Positions 43,501 through 51,893 are shown, counted from the stretch's first letter. The stretch is 64,000 nt of DNA from Nitrospirota bacterium (GCA_963840455.1 CAWIYV010000004.1:165809-229808), one strand, 5' to 3'. Translations and numbers: made by a program. The notes: generated from the sequence alone by a model not told the origin.

Positions 43501-43796
43501 TTAAGCAGCAGCCGGGCGCATACGCCGAGCTCCCGTTCCTGTACCGCAGGGGAAACGAGATCATCAGCGGCGTCATCGACCGCGTGGTCGTCAAGGAGGG
43601 GGCGGGGTATGTTATCGACTACAAGTCCATCGCCGTCGATAGCGACGAGGCCCTGCAAACGTGGATCGACCACTACCGTCCCCAGATCAGGATCTACTGC
43701 GAAGCGGCGAAGGAGGTGTTCGGGCTGGCGTCGGTGGAAGGATACCTGCTGTTCCTGGACAGCCGCAGGCTGGCGCTGACCGTGAAGATCGGGTAG
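40503..43796 (+). CDS. addA: AddA-like UvrD helicase/nuclease
   Basis: ASAGSGKT, VDEFQDT, VGDKKQSIYRFR, TVHKAKGLEF, LYVAMTRA, GVIDR..IDYK. Confidence 0.88.
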   Translation: MTDQSDSAMARFIHLSASAGSGKTRALTERYVALLRELTVRRLNIDQAVAITFTDKAAAEIKDRVLKGLSEDLLKMIIRGRQDLRISTIHSFCMNLLKRYPLEAGLPPDFGILDERDKAYKVQQAVEAALEDLDQDRAVMEPLREYSANDLVSLMEFLISLRTRLKRMEIDAGGPAGLLGSLRRGMELDGADAELKALLTGPEWKTVFRRVADLVRDLGEDPAENLVVEHCALGETCDAEAAYRAANVLLNLYSTLKGTPRKNPWIPKGKRLTKTYDAYKEAYASAQELFFRFRELSSRVRAGSEAQSMIRLYLRAEEHYLDLKLREGLLDFDDLEIFAYRLLKGQESPDILYWLDRKVLHYLVDEFQDTSDIQWAVLDRLTEEIFSGQGAIKPMQPSLFVVGDKKQSIYRFREANYRLIDDVRQAMEALPAGSQEIRTLDRNYRSVPEVIGAVNEVFSVLWQQEYQTLKAARRSHHGTVTLIEVLPPTGPEDLTEAAVLAQEIRRLVDAGTPIQIKVKDKDGESWKSRQAGYSDCAILIQSRTRLKEYEAALLADGVPFRVVGGIGFYEEDEVQAIISVLFYLWNHDDRMALAASLKSALFGLTDRDLEALLSEGGSLSEALRRLFPDIAAMLERWRELAGVVPLAPLVHRIIADTGAYVRFGKRRSQAIFNLDKLLDTAREFDRRGYTTLQDFVAWVQSMRESEQREATADMNLPGDQGAVSIMTVHKAKGLEFPVVFLPGMNQQTRSLKTGPEVIVEAAKDGRMRMAGPDRDNPIYEELWEREQAELRQEHQRLLYVAMTRACDHLIMAGTLAGGRKPGQSPTAGPNTWLQYLHDAIPALNRQEGIAAEGILSFTYPDWKPQALADERPITPRRGMSEQGQPPVIDPTAISENISPLPQSDSIPWKKATDFLLPLREQPVEQEIPRDAAYLSPLTRGIFFHRCLELAATTGRFDLDRVMREFPEVVALAPDEQLRFQSEAELVLRSVTGNEELAWIFKQQPGAYAELPFLYRRGNEIISGVIDRVVVKEGAGYVIDYKSIAVDSDEALQTWIDHYRPQIRIYCEAAKEVFGLASVEGYLLFLDSRRLALTVKIG

Positions 43797-43866
43797 GCCG
43801 GGCCGTCAGGTGCAGTGCACGGGATCAGCACAGTAAAGATCAAGTGCTGGCAGGAAATACAATCGC

Positions 43867-44138
43867 TTTTTTGGGCACCTCGGTGGCTCCGCTGTGCTCA
43901 GCATGCAGGAAGCAGGTGTACATACCTATCTCGCTCCGGCTCTTCCCGGCAGCGCTTCCCCTGCGGACGCGCTGCTTTAGAGTATCTCATTGTTCGATGC
44001 GGGACAGGGCATGCAAATCCAGGAGCGAGTGATGCCTCGGCAAGCAAGCGATTAGAATAAATATCAACATTGAGGATTGAAGCGTTACCGCTGTCGGCAT
44101 TTGGGCGCTTCAACGCACAGTCGTGGCAGCCGGCACCC
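43867..44138 (-). repeat. Structured dispersed element I, copy b (contains nested element II)
   Basis: All three conserved blocks present; the 5' arm is interrupted by about 100 nt. Confidence 0.8.
44015..44113 (-). mobile_element. MITE-like element II, nested copy
   Basis: TTGAAGC..CTTCAATCCTCAA..TATTCTAATCGCT..CTCGCTCCTGGATT, matching 50824 and 55466. Confidence 0.7.
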
Positions 44139-44140
44139 GA

Positions 44141-44575
44141 TTAATGAATTTTGAATTTGCGGTCGCTGCGTACAGAATCATCCAGCATGCCGCGTTCTGC
44201 CACATCCATAATGATCGACGCCAGCAGTTCGGGGTCCTGCAATGCCGGAAGGGCGGTAACGGGCTCTACTTTTTGCAGATCTTCCGGATTTGTTTCGTGC
44301 GTCGGAACGATTTGTATCCCCGAGCGGTATGACCCTTCTCCCCGCTGCTTGGTCCATACCAGCACGCCTTTTTTACTCCCTCCCATGTAGTCAGGGATCA
44401 CGACGAAACCCAGCGCGAGGGCGCGATCGGTAATGATGCCCATTCCCCCCTCGCCTCGATCGACGGCATCAGCGGTAATTTCGATCTTCTCCGATTTTTC
44501 ATAGGGGATGATGGTCATGGCGAGCTTCCCCGATCCTTCGACCGGCTGACGAACATGCTGCCTCTGGTTCATCAT
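44141..44575 (-). CDS. PilZ-like domain protein
   Basis: RQHVR (RxxxR) and DRGEGG (variant D/NxSxxG); GAAGGAG RBS. Confidence 0.6.
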   Translation of the reverse strand: MMNQRQHVRQPVEGSGKLAMTIIPYEKSEKIEITADAVDRGEGGMGIITDRALALGFVVIPDYMGGSKKGVLVWTKQRGEGSYRSGIQIVPTHETNPEDLQKVEPVTALPALQDPELLASIIMDVAERGMLDDSVRSDRKFKIH

Positions 44576-44709
44576 ATTCTCTCCTTCACTTCCTGTTTTT
44601 TGATTTTCGTCTTCCTATGCTGTTCCATATTATATCAGACATCCTTATTTTATCAAGCAATTGAATATCACGTCAATGTTATTAATGATCGTTTCCTTCT
44701 ATCACGGAT

Positions 44710-44756
44710 AAAAAAGGCCGAGCACGCCAAAGATATCATCCTTCGGAAGCTCGGCC
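44710..44756 (-). terminator. Terminator overlapping the c-di-GMP aptamer
   Basis: GGCCGAGC..GCTCGGCC-TTTTTT; the 5' arm is the aptamer P3 3' strand. Confidence 0.65.
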
Positions 44757-44822
44757 ATTTTTGGTCTTCTAAGACCCGCTGCATTCCGTCCCCTCTCACG
44801 AAGGGTTTGGCGTTATCGGGTG
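44738..44822 (-). ncRNA. c-di-GMP-I (GEMM-I) riboswitch, variant
   Basis: CGATAACGCCAAACCCTTC-GTGA-GAGGGGACGGAATGCAGCGGGTCTTA..ATGGCCGAGCTTCCGAA. Confidence 0.75.
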
Positions 44823-44987
44823 CTGCATAAATTTAATCACCAATGCGAGTAGCAGTCAATTTCCAGGATTTGCAGCTTTTCATTTTGCTGCATGTGCGGC
44901 AGGAGCATACTTATGATCAGGTCCGCTTCAGGGACCTGCACCGTTGGATGGGAAGCAAGGCTCTCGAATCAGCCTTACCCAAAACCC

Positions 44988-45146
44988 GGGCGGCCCGGCT
45001 GCGACGACTGAGCGTGGCGCATGCCCCAACCCGCACTGAACAAGAACCTACCTGAAAGCAGCGCGTCCGCAGGGGAAGCGCTGCCGGGACCACGCGCCAG
45101 TATCGTGCATGCACAGCACAGCGGAGCCACCGGGCTGCCCAAAAAA
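44988..45146 (+). repeat. Structured dispersed element I, copy c
   Basis: GGGCGGCCCGGCTGCGACGACTG..AAAGCAGCGCGTCCGCAGGGGAAGCGCTGC..CCGGGCTGCCCAAAAAA. Confidence 0.85.
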
Positions 45147-45187
45147 GCTCCGTGTTTTCTGCGGCCCAGTTCGCTCTATCACGGCGT

Positions 45188-45221
45188 AAAAAAAGGCAGC
45201 GTTTGAAACCGCTGCCTTTTT
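45188..45221. terminator. Bidirectional intrinsic terminator
   Basis: AAAAAAA-GGCAGCG-TTTGAAAC-CGCTGCC-TTTTT. Confidence 0.8.
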
Positions 45222-45244
45222 CTCATTTCACTTTCGATCACCGA

Positions 45245-45700
45245 TCAATCATCATGGCCGCGGCCATGATCGCCGCCATGCCTGCTGGTCCCGTACCACG
45301 GGCTGCTGCCGATGTAGCGCGGGCCGCCATAACCGTACGAAGGCGCCCGATGCATCAGGACCGGTCCGCTGACGACCGCATAGGGGACACGTTCCATGCC
45401 GATCACTGCCCAGGGGCCTCCCGCCTGTGCAGCGATATACCAGTTCCCGCCCGAAGGCCGGTACCAGTACCCGCCGTAGAACATGGCACCCTCCATGGGG
45501 GGCGCAGCATAATAGGCCGGCGGCGCTGGCGCAACATAGACCGGCGGCCCGGCTGCATACACCCCCGCAGCAAAGAGTCCGAACAGGGGTATGGAAATGT
45601 TTACATCAACGCCCGCCAAAGCCGGGCCCGGCGCCATCAACCCCACAGCAAGTACGATTGCGACTGCAATGAATCCGATCTTGATCCGGTTCTTCTTCAT
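45245..45700 (-). CDS. Exported Pro/Tyr/Gly-rich hypothetical protein
   Basis: Signal peptide ALA-G, PPVYVAPAPP, YGGYWY, His/Gly tail. Confidence 0.75.
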   Translation of the reverse strand: MKKNRIKIGFIAVAIVLAVGLMAPGPALAGVDVNISIPLFGLFAAGVYAAGPPVYVAPAPPAYYAAPPMEGAMFYGGYWYRPSGGNWYIAAQAGGPWAVIGMERVPYAVVSGPVLMHRAPSYGYGGPRYIGSSPWYGTSRHGGDHGRGHDD

Positions 45701-45912
45701 GGTATGCCTCCCTTCCTTTGATGCTTTGACACTCGAGAGAGCGGTTAGGTTGCGTGCCCCTCATTCCGAGAGCACAATACTCCCTTTTCCGTGTCGAAGT
45801 AAAGGTACGAATACCCGGTCCCGGTGGTGATTTTTACCAACAATTATCAATGGATTGTCACGAAAAGGTGGGTTGAGCGTTGTCCAGACGCAGCAAACGC
45901 GGCAGACTGTCG

Positions 45913-47187
45913 CTAGAACGACTCCCAGGGATAGCCGACGATGATCGTGGTCTCGATGCCTTCCCTGCCCGTTGCCACGTCTGCGCGCAGCACGATCCCG
46001 GAAGCGGTCACCATCCGAAAGCCCGCGCCGTAGGACGAACGGTAGAGATCGCCCAGGTCCTGCCGCTTATCAGCGACGCTCCCCATCTCGTAGAAAAGGG
46101 CCACCTGCAGCGCCGTCCGGACGTCCTTGGCGATGAAGATGTCAAAGGGAGTGGCCTCCTCGGTCAGGGTCCAACGGACCTCGGTGCCGTAGAAGACCAT
46201 GTGGGCGCCTGTGAACCGGCCTTCGGGATAGGAGCGGAGGCGGCTCGTGCCGCCGAGACCCGTGGCGGTCCCGTAGGTGTTCGCGTCCCTGATGTTGTTC
46301 ACAACGTCCTGGCAGTCTGCCACTTGCTGCGGCGTGAGCGTGGGGTCGCTGCAGTTGAGGCCCTGCTGCTGCTCGATCACTGACGGGTCCGTCTCGCCCT
46401 GCCGCGTCACGTGGGCATCGGACCGGAAGTAGTTGAGCAACCAGGTGCTGTGCTTGCCCAGCGGGAAGTAGGCTGTCGCGTTGTACTCCATGCGGTAGAA
46501 GTCAGGATCGCTGCTGCTCGCCGGCGGCGACCACCACCTCCCCACGTCCAGCCGCACACCCTTCCGGGGATCGCTGTAATCGTCCGTCAGGTCCCCGCGG
46601 ATGCCGACCCCGTACACCTTCGTTCGCCACGTCGGCGAGCCCTGGATGTCCAGGATCGTGTTGCTGTTCTGGTCGAGGACCTTGTCGAGCTGCGAGCCGA
46701 TGAGGTAGCCGCCGCCGTAGACCTCGAACCGCCGGTCAGCGAACGTCGCCGTAAGCCTGCCGCCGGTGAAGCCGTATTGATCGAACTGGAGATAAGAGAA
46801 ATCGTGCTTTCCCGACTGCATGCCCCGCTGCTGGTAGCTCGTGATCGTTGACTTGCCGAACTGGATGGACGTGACGTCCAGAATGAGCGTCTTCGGGATG
46901 ATATGGATGTCGGAGACCCCGGCGCCCCAGCCCGGAAGTCCTCCCGCCAGCGCGAAGCCGAACACGTCGGTGTACGTCCCGATGAGGTTCATGCCGATGC
47001 CCATGACGCCGAGGCCCTCGCCCACGCCGGGGATGCTGTAGGGCATGGGGAAGACATAGTAGCCCCGGTCGGTGAAGAACTGGTTCTTCCGCCGGTCGGG
47101 GAGGAGCGATGCCTCGTCGGCGAAGGCGGCTTGGGCAACTACGGCAGCGGCAAGGAGCATGGCCGCGCAGACACGAAGCATATTCAT
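45913..47187 (-). CDS. BamA/TamA (Omp85-like) outer-membrane barrel protein
   Basis: LGG..RLRSYPEGRF loop-6 motif, SYGAGFR, C-terminal Phe. Confidence 0.75.
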   Translation of the reverse strand: MNMLRVCAAMLLAAAVVAQAAFADEASLLPDRRKNQFFTDRGYYVFPMPYSIPGVGEGLGVMGIGMNLIGTYTDVFGFALAGGLPGWGAGVSDIHIIPKTLILDVTSIQFGKSTITSYQQRGMQSGKHDFSYLQFDQYGFTGGRLTATFADRRFEVYGGGYLIGSQLDKVLDQNSNTILDIQGSPTWRTKVYGVGIRGDLTDDYSDPRKGVRLDVGRWWSPPASSSDPDFYRMEYNATAYFPLGKHSTWLLNYFRSDAHVTRQGETDPSVIEQQQGLNCSDPTLTPQQVADCQDVVNNIRDANTYGTATGLGGTSRLRSYPEGRFTGAHMVFYGTEVRWTLTEEATPFDIFIAKDVRTALQVALFYEMGSVADKRQDLGDLYRSSYGAGFRMVTASGIVLRADVATGREGIETTIIVGYPWESF

Positions 47188-47203
47188 CCCATCGTCCTTT
47201 ACC

Positions 47204-47644
47204 TCATTCTCCATCCCGGTCCAGGATCATGTCCACCATCGTTTTCCGCTTCTGGTTGAACAGCCGTTTGACCCGTTTCCGGAACTCCTCAGGGGTAATA
47301 TGCTCCTGGTGAGTGCCGATGACGACCGTGATGCCGGGAAAGGAGGATTCGATCGCGCGACGGTACTGCTCCTGGAAGGGGCAGAGGGCCTTGACGCAAT
47401 TGGCGAAATGGATGGTGCCGGTCCTGAACTCTGTCAGCGCCCTGATGCGCAGCAGCAGCTTGTCCGGACCGGTGAGCGTAGGACAACCGGGGCAATTGAT
47501 GATCCCGACGAGGTCCAGCGGCTCATCCGCCGGATGCTCTTTGAACATCCCCCGCCGTTTTCGCAGGTCCGCGAGACAGCTCACGGAGGAGCAGCCCAGG
47601 TCCTGTGTTGCGTTCGAGCAGGTCAATATGCCGATGCGCGCCAT
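47204..47644 (-). CDS. CGGC domain-containing protein
   Basis: IGILTC, C...SC, INCPGCP, IHFANC, CP, VVIGTH. Confidence 0.85.
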   Translation of the reverse strand: MARIGILTCSNATQDLGCSSVSCLADLRKRRGMFKEHPADEPLDLVGIINCPGCPTLTGPDKLLLRIRALTEFRTGTIHFANCVKALCPFQEQYRRAIESSFPGITVVIGTHQEHITPEEFRKRVKRLFNQKRKTMVDMILDRDGE

Positions 47645-47671
47645 GAGCAACCTCGTCTCTCTTTTTCTGGA

Positions 47672-48262
47672 TCAGGAAAAGCATCGTCCGACGGTCTCGC
47701 GCACTTCGTCCAGCCATGCTTCCCGTTGCTGCTCCGTGCTCATGACCATTACCCCGAACGTCCTGCGGTTGACCTGTTTGACGCCGCACAGTCCGAAGAT
47801 GCAGTCCCTCCATATCCGCTCCAGCGGATCTCCGAATACTTCCTGTTCCCGTTGGGCTTCCGTGTTCGACGTGTTGAAGATCAGGGCCGACTTCGCGCGC
47901 AGGAGGCCGACGGGAATGCCCTCCCCGCCGTCTCCTTCCTTGAACTCGTAGGCGACGCCGGGACGGATGACCCGGTCGATCCAGCCTTTCACGATGGCCG
48001 GCGGCTGTCCCCACCAGTTGGGATGCACAATGACGATACCGTCTGCGGCCGCGATCTCATCGCAATGCCTCATGATGAGGGTCGGCACGACGGCCCCCTT
48101 GGGCAGCTCGACATCCGGCAGCACCGGATCGAACGCCTCCTGGTAAAGGTCATGAAACGCCACCTCATGGCCGCCGGTTCTCAGGGTCCGGACGACCGTC
48201 CCGGCTATGGCGTGGTTGAAACTGCCTCTCTTCGGATGACCGAGTATGACGGAAATCTTCAT
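47672..48262 (-). CDS. Flavodoxin-fold NAD(P)H dehydrogenase (quinone)
   Basis: GHP..GSFN, DLY, PNWWG.PPA.VKGWIDRV. Confidence 0.9.
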   Translation of the reverse strand: MKISVILGHPKRGSFNHAIAGTVVRTLRTGGHEVAFHDLYQEAFDPVLPDVELPKGAVVPTLIMRHCDEIAAADGIVIVHPNWWGQPPAIVKGWIDRVIRPGVAYEFKEGDGGEGIPVGLLRAKSALIFNTSNTEAQREQEVFGDPLERIWRDCIFGLCGVKQVNRRTFGVMVMSTEQQREAWLDEVRETVGRCFS

Positions 48263-48270
48263 GGACCTAT

Positions 48271-49347
48271 TTATTGAGGGGGCTCCGTCCCCACGTCGCT
48301 GATAAAATACTTCCTCGCCTCCTTCGCCAGGTCCTCGGGCAGGTTCAGGATCAGCTCGGTCTGGAGAAGCTTCTGCAGGAAATAATCGTCGTTCCGGTAA
48401 TTGGGGTAGAGGTTCTGGCGGTTCACGATCTTGATGAGGCAATGATTGCCCACCGTCTCTCCGCCCTTCGCCGAGTACAGGGAATAATTGAAGCTCAGGT
48501 GGCCGAGACCTTCGTAGAGGGCCAGGACCTTCGAGATCCCGTCGCACAGGTCGCGGATGTCCCGTTCCGAGAGCTTCGCAAGGTCGCTCTCCTCCTCGTG
48601 GATGCCCATGATCTCGTTGCTGCCCAGGGGCGAGAAAGAGGCGATCCAGTGCCACCGGCCCTGCTGGGTGATGTACCGTTCCCCGGACTGGCGCTCCTGG
48701 GCGATAAGGTCGGCGAAGTACGCGGTCCCGTGCTTCACCAGATACTCGCTTGCCGCGTTGAGCAGCCGCGCGTGGTAGGAATAGGGGATCGCCCCCGCGA
48801 GCATCTGCAGGTGAGGGTGGACGAGGCTTGCGCCCGCCGGCAGGAGGTAATTGGCGTTCACCGTCGAGAACGCAATGGTAGCGTCGCGCCGGCAGACGTC
48901 CCGCAGGAACTGCCTGGCAGTGCGGAAGCCGTCGGCGAGCATGTGCGGGCTGAACTCCGACGGCCTGAGAAAGTGGGCCTTCGAGAGAACGATGACCGGA
49001 TGGTGCGTCGCGATGGAGAAGAGGTTGGCGAACAACACCGCCTCGCCCTCCTCGATGCGGCCGCCCGGCAGCACATCGTCGGGATACCGCGCCGTCTTCA
49101 GGCGCACATTATCGCCGCAGAAGATGCAGCTCTTCGCCGTCTCCTCCGCCAGTGTCCTGACCAGCTCGGCGTCGTTCTGGCCGAAGAAGGCCTTCACCTT
49201 GTCCTTGAGGTAGGGATTGTAGACGCTCGTGTCGCCGAGGAGCGGGTCCTTGCGGACCTCGACGCTGTGCTCCTCCTCGGCAAAATCATTGAAGGGGTTC
49301 TGGATCCTGAAGGTCGATCCGTATCGCTCGAACTCGATGTCTGCCAT
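48271..49347 (-). CDS. Galactose-1-phosphate uridylyltransferase-like HIT protein
   Basis: RKDPL.G, CIFC, GASLVHPHLQ. Confidence 0.8.
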   Translation of the reverse strand: MADIEFERYGSTFRIQNPFNDFAEEEHSVEVRKDPLLGDTSVYNPYLKDKVKAFFGQNDAELVRTLAEETAKSCIFCGDNVRLKTARYPDDVLPGGRIEEGEAVLFANLFSIATHHPVIVLSKAHFLRPSEFSPHMLADGFRTARQFLRDVCRRDATIAFSTVNANYLLPAGASLVHPHLQMLAGAIPYSYHARLLNAASEYLVKHGTAYFADLIAQERQSGERYITQQGRWHWIASFSPLGSNEIMGIHEEESDLAKLSERDIRDLCDGISKVLALYEGLGHLSFNYSLYSAKGGETVGNHCLIKIVNRQNLYPNYRNDDYFLQKLLQTELILNLPEDLAKEARKYFISDVGTEPPQ

Positions 49348-49510
49348 TCTTTGCTCCTGGGGACCGTGAACACACCGGCCTGTTTCCTGTTATCGTTTTC
49401 CAACCCGGACAAGATGCATCCAATGGGGCAAAACTAAAATGATCCTGACGCCCCCCAGCAGGGACAGCATGATGATCTTCTTCTCCATGCTTCCCGGCTT
49501 CCCTCTCCTC

Positions 49511-50782
49511 TTACAATAACTGCATCTGCCATTTGCGCGTAGTCCGTTCAGCTTCCTCGAATATCCGCACGGTCCCGAACTCGCCGTCATAGCCGGGCGC
49601 GATGCGGACCCTGCCGGCGCGCATTCTCGCCACCGCCTCGCGGAGCAGCGAAGAGCCTGCGCTCTCGATATCACGCAGCGGAGCGTCCATGAGTATGCGG
49701 AACTCGCTGCCGAGCTGCTCCAGAAGAGCGCGATAGGTCCGGGCCACCCTTTTTCCGGCCGGCCCGACATCGAGCGTTTCCGCAATGAGCTCTTGAAGCG
49801 GAATGAGGGACTGGAAGGTCGGCGCGCCTGCGGGCCGGAATCCCTCCTCCCGGTCCGCGAGCTTCCCGACGCGGTGCATTACGCCCACGGTGACCCTGGC
49901 GCCGCAGAGCGGGCACGCATCATTCGCACGTTCGGACTCTTCCGGCGAAAGGCGCACGCCGCAGCCCCGGTGGCCGTCGAAGTGGTACTTCCCCTCTTCG
50001 GGAAAGAACTCGATGGTGCCGCTGAACCCCTGCCGCGTCCTGATGGCGTTCATCATGGCGTCATAGGAGAGAGGGGTATCGAGGATGTTCGCCTCGCGGC
50101 CGATCTTCGCCGGTGAGTGGGCGTCGGAATTGGAAATGAGGGTAAGCCGGTCCAGGCTGGAGAGCCGCCAGTTCATGGAAGGGTCCGACGACAGCCCGGT
50201 CTCGATGGCGTGGATGTGCGGCGTCAGGTCCTCGAAGCATTCCTCGAGGGAATCGAACCCCGATGCCGCGCCGAAGACCGAGAAGTGCGGCGTCCAGGCG
50301 TGCGCGGGGACCAGCATGGCGTCAGGCGACGCGTCCAGTACCATGCGCAGGAGGTCCTTTGCGTCGAGGCCGAGGATGGGCCTGCCGTCTGCGGCAAGGT
50401 TCCCGATCTTCCCGAGTGCGGCGTTTATACGCTTCACCGCCTCCAGGTCCGGCGCGAAAACCAGGCAATGGACCTTCCGTGTCCTGTTGTTCTTCCTATA
50501 GATACAGCTGATCTCGGCGGACAGGAGGAAAAGGACATCGGCGCGGCACGATGCGGGAACAGCATCGTTCCGGAAGCCTTTTCTGAGCGAGAGCAGGCCA
50601 TTGTCCGCAGGCTCCAGTTTTTCCCCAAGCTCGGCGAGCCAGCCCGGATGGGTGAAGTCTCCTGTCCCGATGACCGAGACGCCCTTGAGCTGCGCCCACG
50701 TCCAAAGCCCCTCAGGCGTCATGTCCCTGCTCGTGGCGCGGGAATATTTCGAGTGGATGTGCAGGTCGGCAATGAACGACAT
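49511..50782 (-). CDS. Endonuclease Q family protein (PHP domain plus Zn ribbon)
   Basis: ADLHIHSKYSRATS, GTGDFTHP, ETGLSSD, SNSDAHS, GKYH.DGHR.C, PGYDGEFG. Confidence 0.9.
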   Translation of the reverse strand: MSFIADLHIHSKYSRATSRDMTPEGLWTWAQLKGVSVIGTGDFTHPGWLAELGEKLEPADNGLLSLRKGFRNDAVPASCRADVLFLLSAEISCIYRKNNRTRKVHCLVFAPDLEAVKRINAALGKIGNLAADGRPILGLDAKDLLRMVLDASPDAMLVPAHAWTPHFSVFGAASGFDSLEECFEDLTPHIHAIETGLSSDPSMNWRLSSLDRLTLISNSDAHSPAKIGREANILDTPLSYDAMMNAIRTRQGFSGTIEFFPEEGKYHFDGHRGCGVRLSPEESERANDACPLCGARVTVGVMHRVGKLADREEGFRPAGAPTFQSLIPLQELIAETLDVGPAGKRVARTYRALLEQLGSEFRILMDAPLRDIESAGSSLLREAVARMRAGRVRIAPGYDGEFGTVRIFEEAERTTRKWQMQLL

Positions 50783-50823
50783 AAACGCATTATACCATTA
50801 TTGAATAAAGGGAGGAACGGCGT

Positions 50824-50929
50824 TTGAAGCTCCCTGAAGATTACTGCATGGAGCTTCGATCCTCAGGGTCGTCTATATTCTGGCCGCTCGCTGAGCCCCA
50901 AACTGCAGGGCTGAGCTCGCTCCTGGATT
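50824..50929 (+). mobile_element. MITE-like element II
   Basis: TTGAAGCTCCCTG..GGAGCTTCGATCCTCA..CGCTCGCT..CTCGCTCCTGGATT. Confidence 0.7.
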
Positions 50930-51435
50930 TACCGGGAGCGCATCAGGAGCTCCGCTCTCCGGTCCGCCAGCACCACGGAGGTCTCGGTCTGGCGTTCCGG
51001 GATTTTCCAGTACTTCCTGAGCAGCCGCTCCTTCTCTTCCCAGGTCACGAGCCTGAATCCGTGCTTCTCGTAGAACCCTATGGCCCACGTCGCCGCGGCC
51101 CAGGTCCCGACAAGCACGCGCCGCGCTGCCAGGGCCTTGAGATGGGCAAGCAGTTTTCCGCCGATCCCTTTTCCTCGCGATGCGGTCCGCACGTAGGCGT
51201 GCCGTATGAGCGTCACGTCCTGCACGTCCTGGATGCCCATCACGCCAAGCAGAGTACCTTCGTCCTCATATCCCCAGAAGACCACCCCGCTGGCCAGCTC
51301 ATGCCGGAGATATTCCCGCGACATATAGGGCTCCTGCCACCGGTCAGCGGGGATGTGACCCTGGTACGCCTGTGCTGCATCGTTGATGATCTCAAGGACT
51401 GTGTCGAAATCTGCATCAGTGCAGGAACGGATCAT
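50929..51435 (-). CDS. GNAT family N-acetyltransferase
   Basis: IRHAYV, RGKGIGGKLL, AIGFYEKHGF. Confidence 0.9.
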   Translation of the reverse strand: MIRSCTDADFDTVLEIINDAAQAYQGHIPADRWQEPYMSREYLRHELASGVVFWGYEDEGTLLGVMGIQDVQDVTLIRHAYVRTASRGKGIGGKLLAHLKALAARRVLVGTWAAATWAIGFYEKHGFRLVTWEEKERLLRKYWKIPERQTETSVVLADRRAELLMRSR

Positions 51436-51474
51436 GGCTCAGTATCCCCTCTGGCGCTTGAGGGACAGGGCATG

Positions 51475-51731
51475 TCAGAAATCCAGCGGGCTCTTCGCTT
51501 CCTTCACGGTCCGGCTCGGTACGCAGTGGGTGTAGATCATGGTCGTGCGAACATCGGCATGGCCGAGCAGCGTCTGGATCGTGCGGATATCGTAGCAGCG
51601 GACGGCCTGATGCAGCGCTTCCTGAACATTCTTTTCCATTTTTGATAGTCGGCATATTGCAAAGCGGGAACTCTCCGCTTCCTAAGAACAATTTCGAATG
51701 CCGCTAATATGTCGCGTGGAATAGGTAGCAT
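51475..51731 (-). pseudogene. intI: Integron integrase remnant with two internal deletions
   Basis: N-terminus MLPIP..YQKW joined to [13 protein letters not shown] joined to [29 protein letters not shown]. Confidence 0.85.
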
Positions 51732-51750
51732 GTGTGGCGATCCTAAGGGG

Positions 51751-51782
51751 GGGACTAATATCCGGATTCGTATATTAGTCCC
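51751..51782. promoter_or_regulatory. 11-bp perfect inverted repeat upstream of intI (putative operator)
   Basis: GGGACTAATAT-N10-ATATTAGTCCC. Confidence 0.5.
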
Positions 51783-51836
51783 GGAGCAAAGTATAATAAT
51801 ATTAATATCATGCGTCAAGAATAACCTGCTTTTTCG

Positions 51837-51865
51837 TTGACCAGAGGGCTGGTCTTTGCTACAGT
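51837..51865 (+). promoter_or_regulatory. Putative Pc cassette promoter
   Basis: TTGACC-N17-TACAGT with TGn extension, just upstream of the attI core. Confidence 0.6.
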
Positions 51866-51886
51866 CGTGTAACTACCTAATCACTT

Positions 51887-51893
51887 GTTGGGC
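51887..51893 (+). other. attI core / first cassette junction (GTTRRRY)
   Basis: GTTGGGC is the exact reverse complement of the attC1 inverse core GCCCAAC. Confidence 0.7.

Noticed and set aside
49390-49488. Small hydrophobic ORF MEKKIIMLSLLGG..
   Set aside because: Has an SD but only 32 codons and no recognisable family; probably a remnant, too weak to call.
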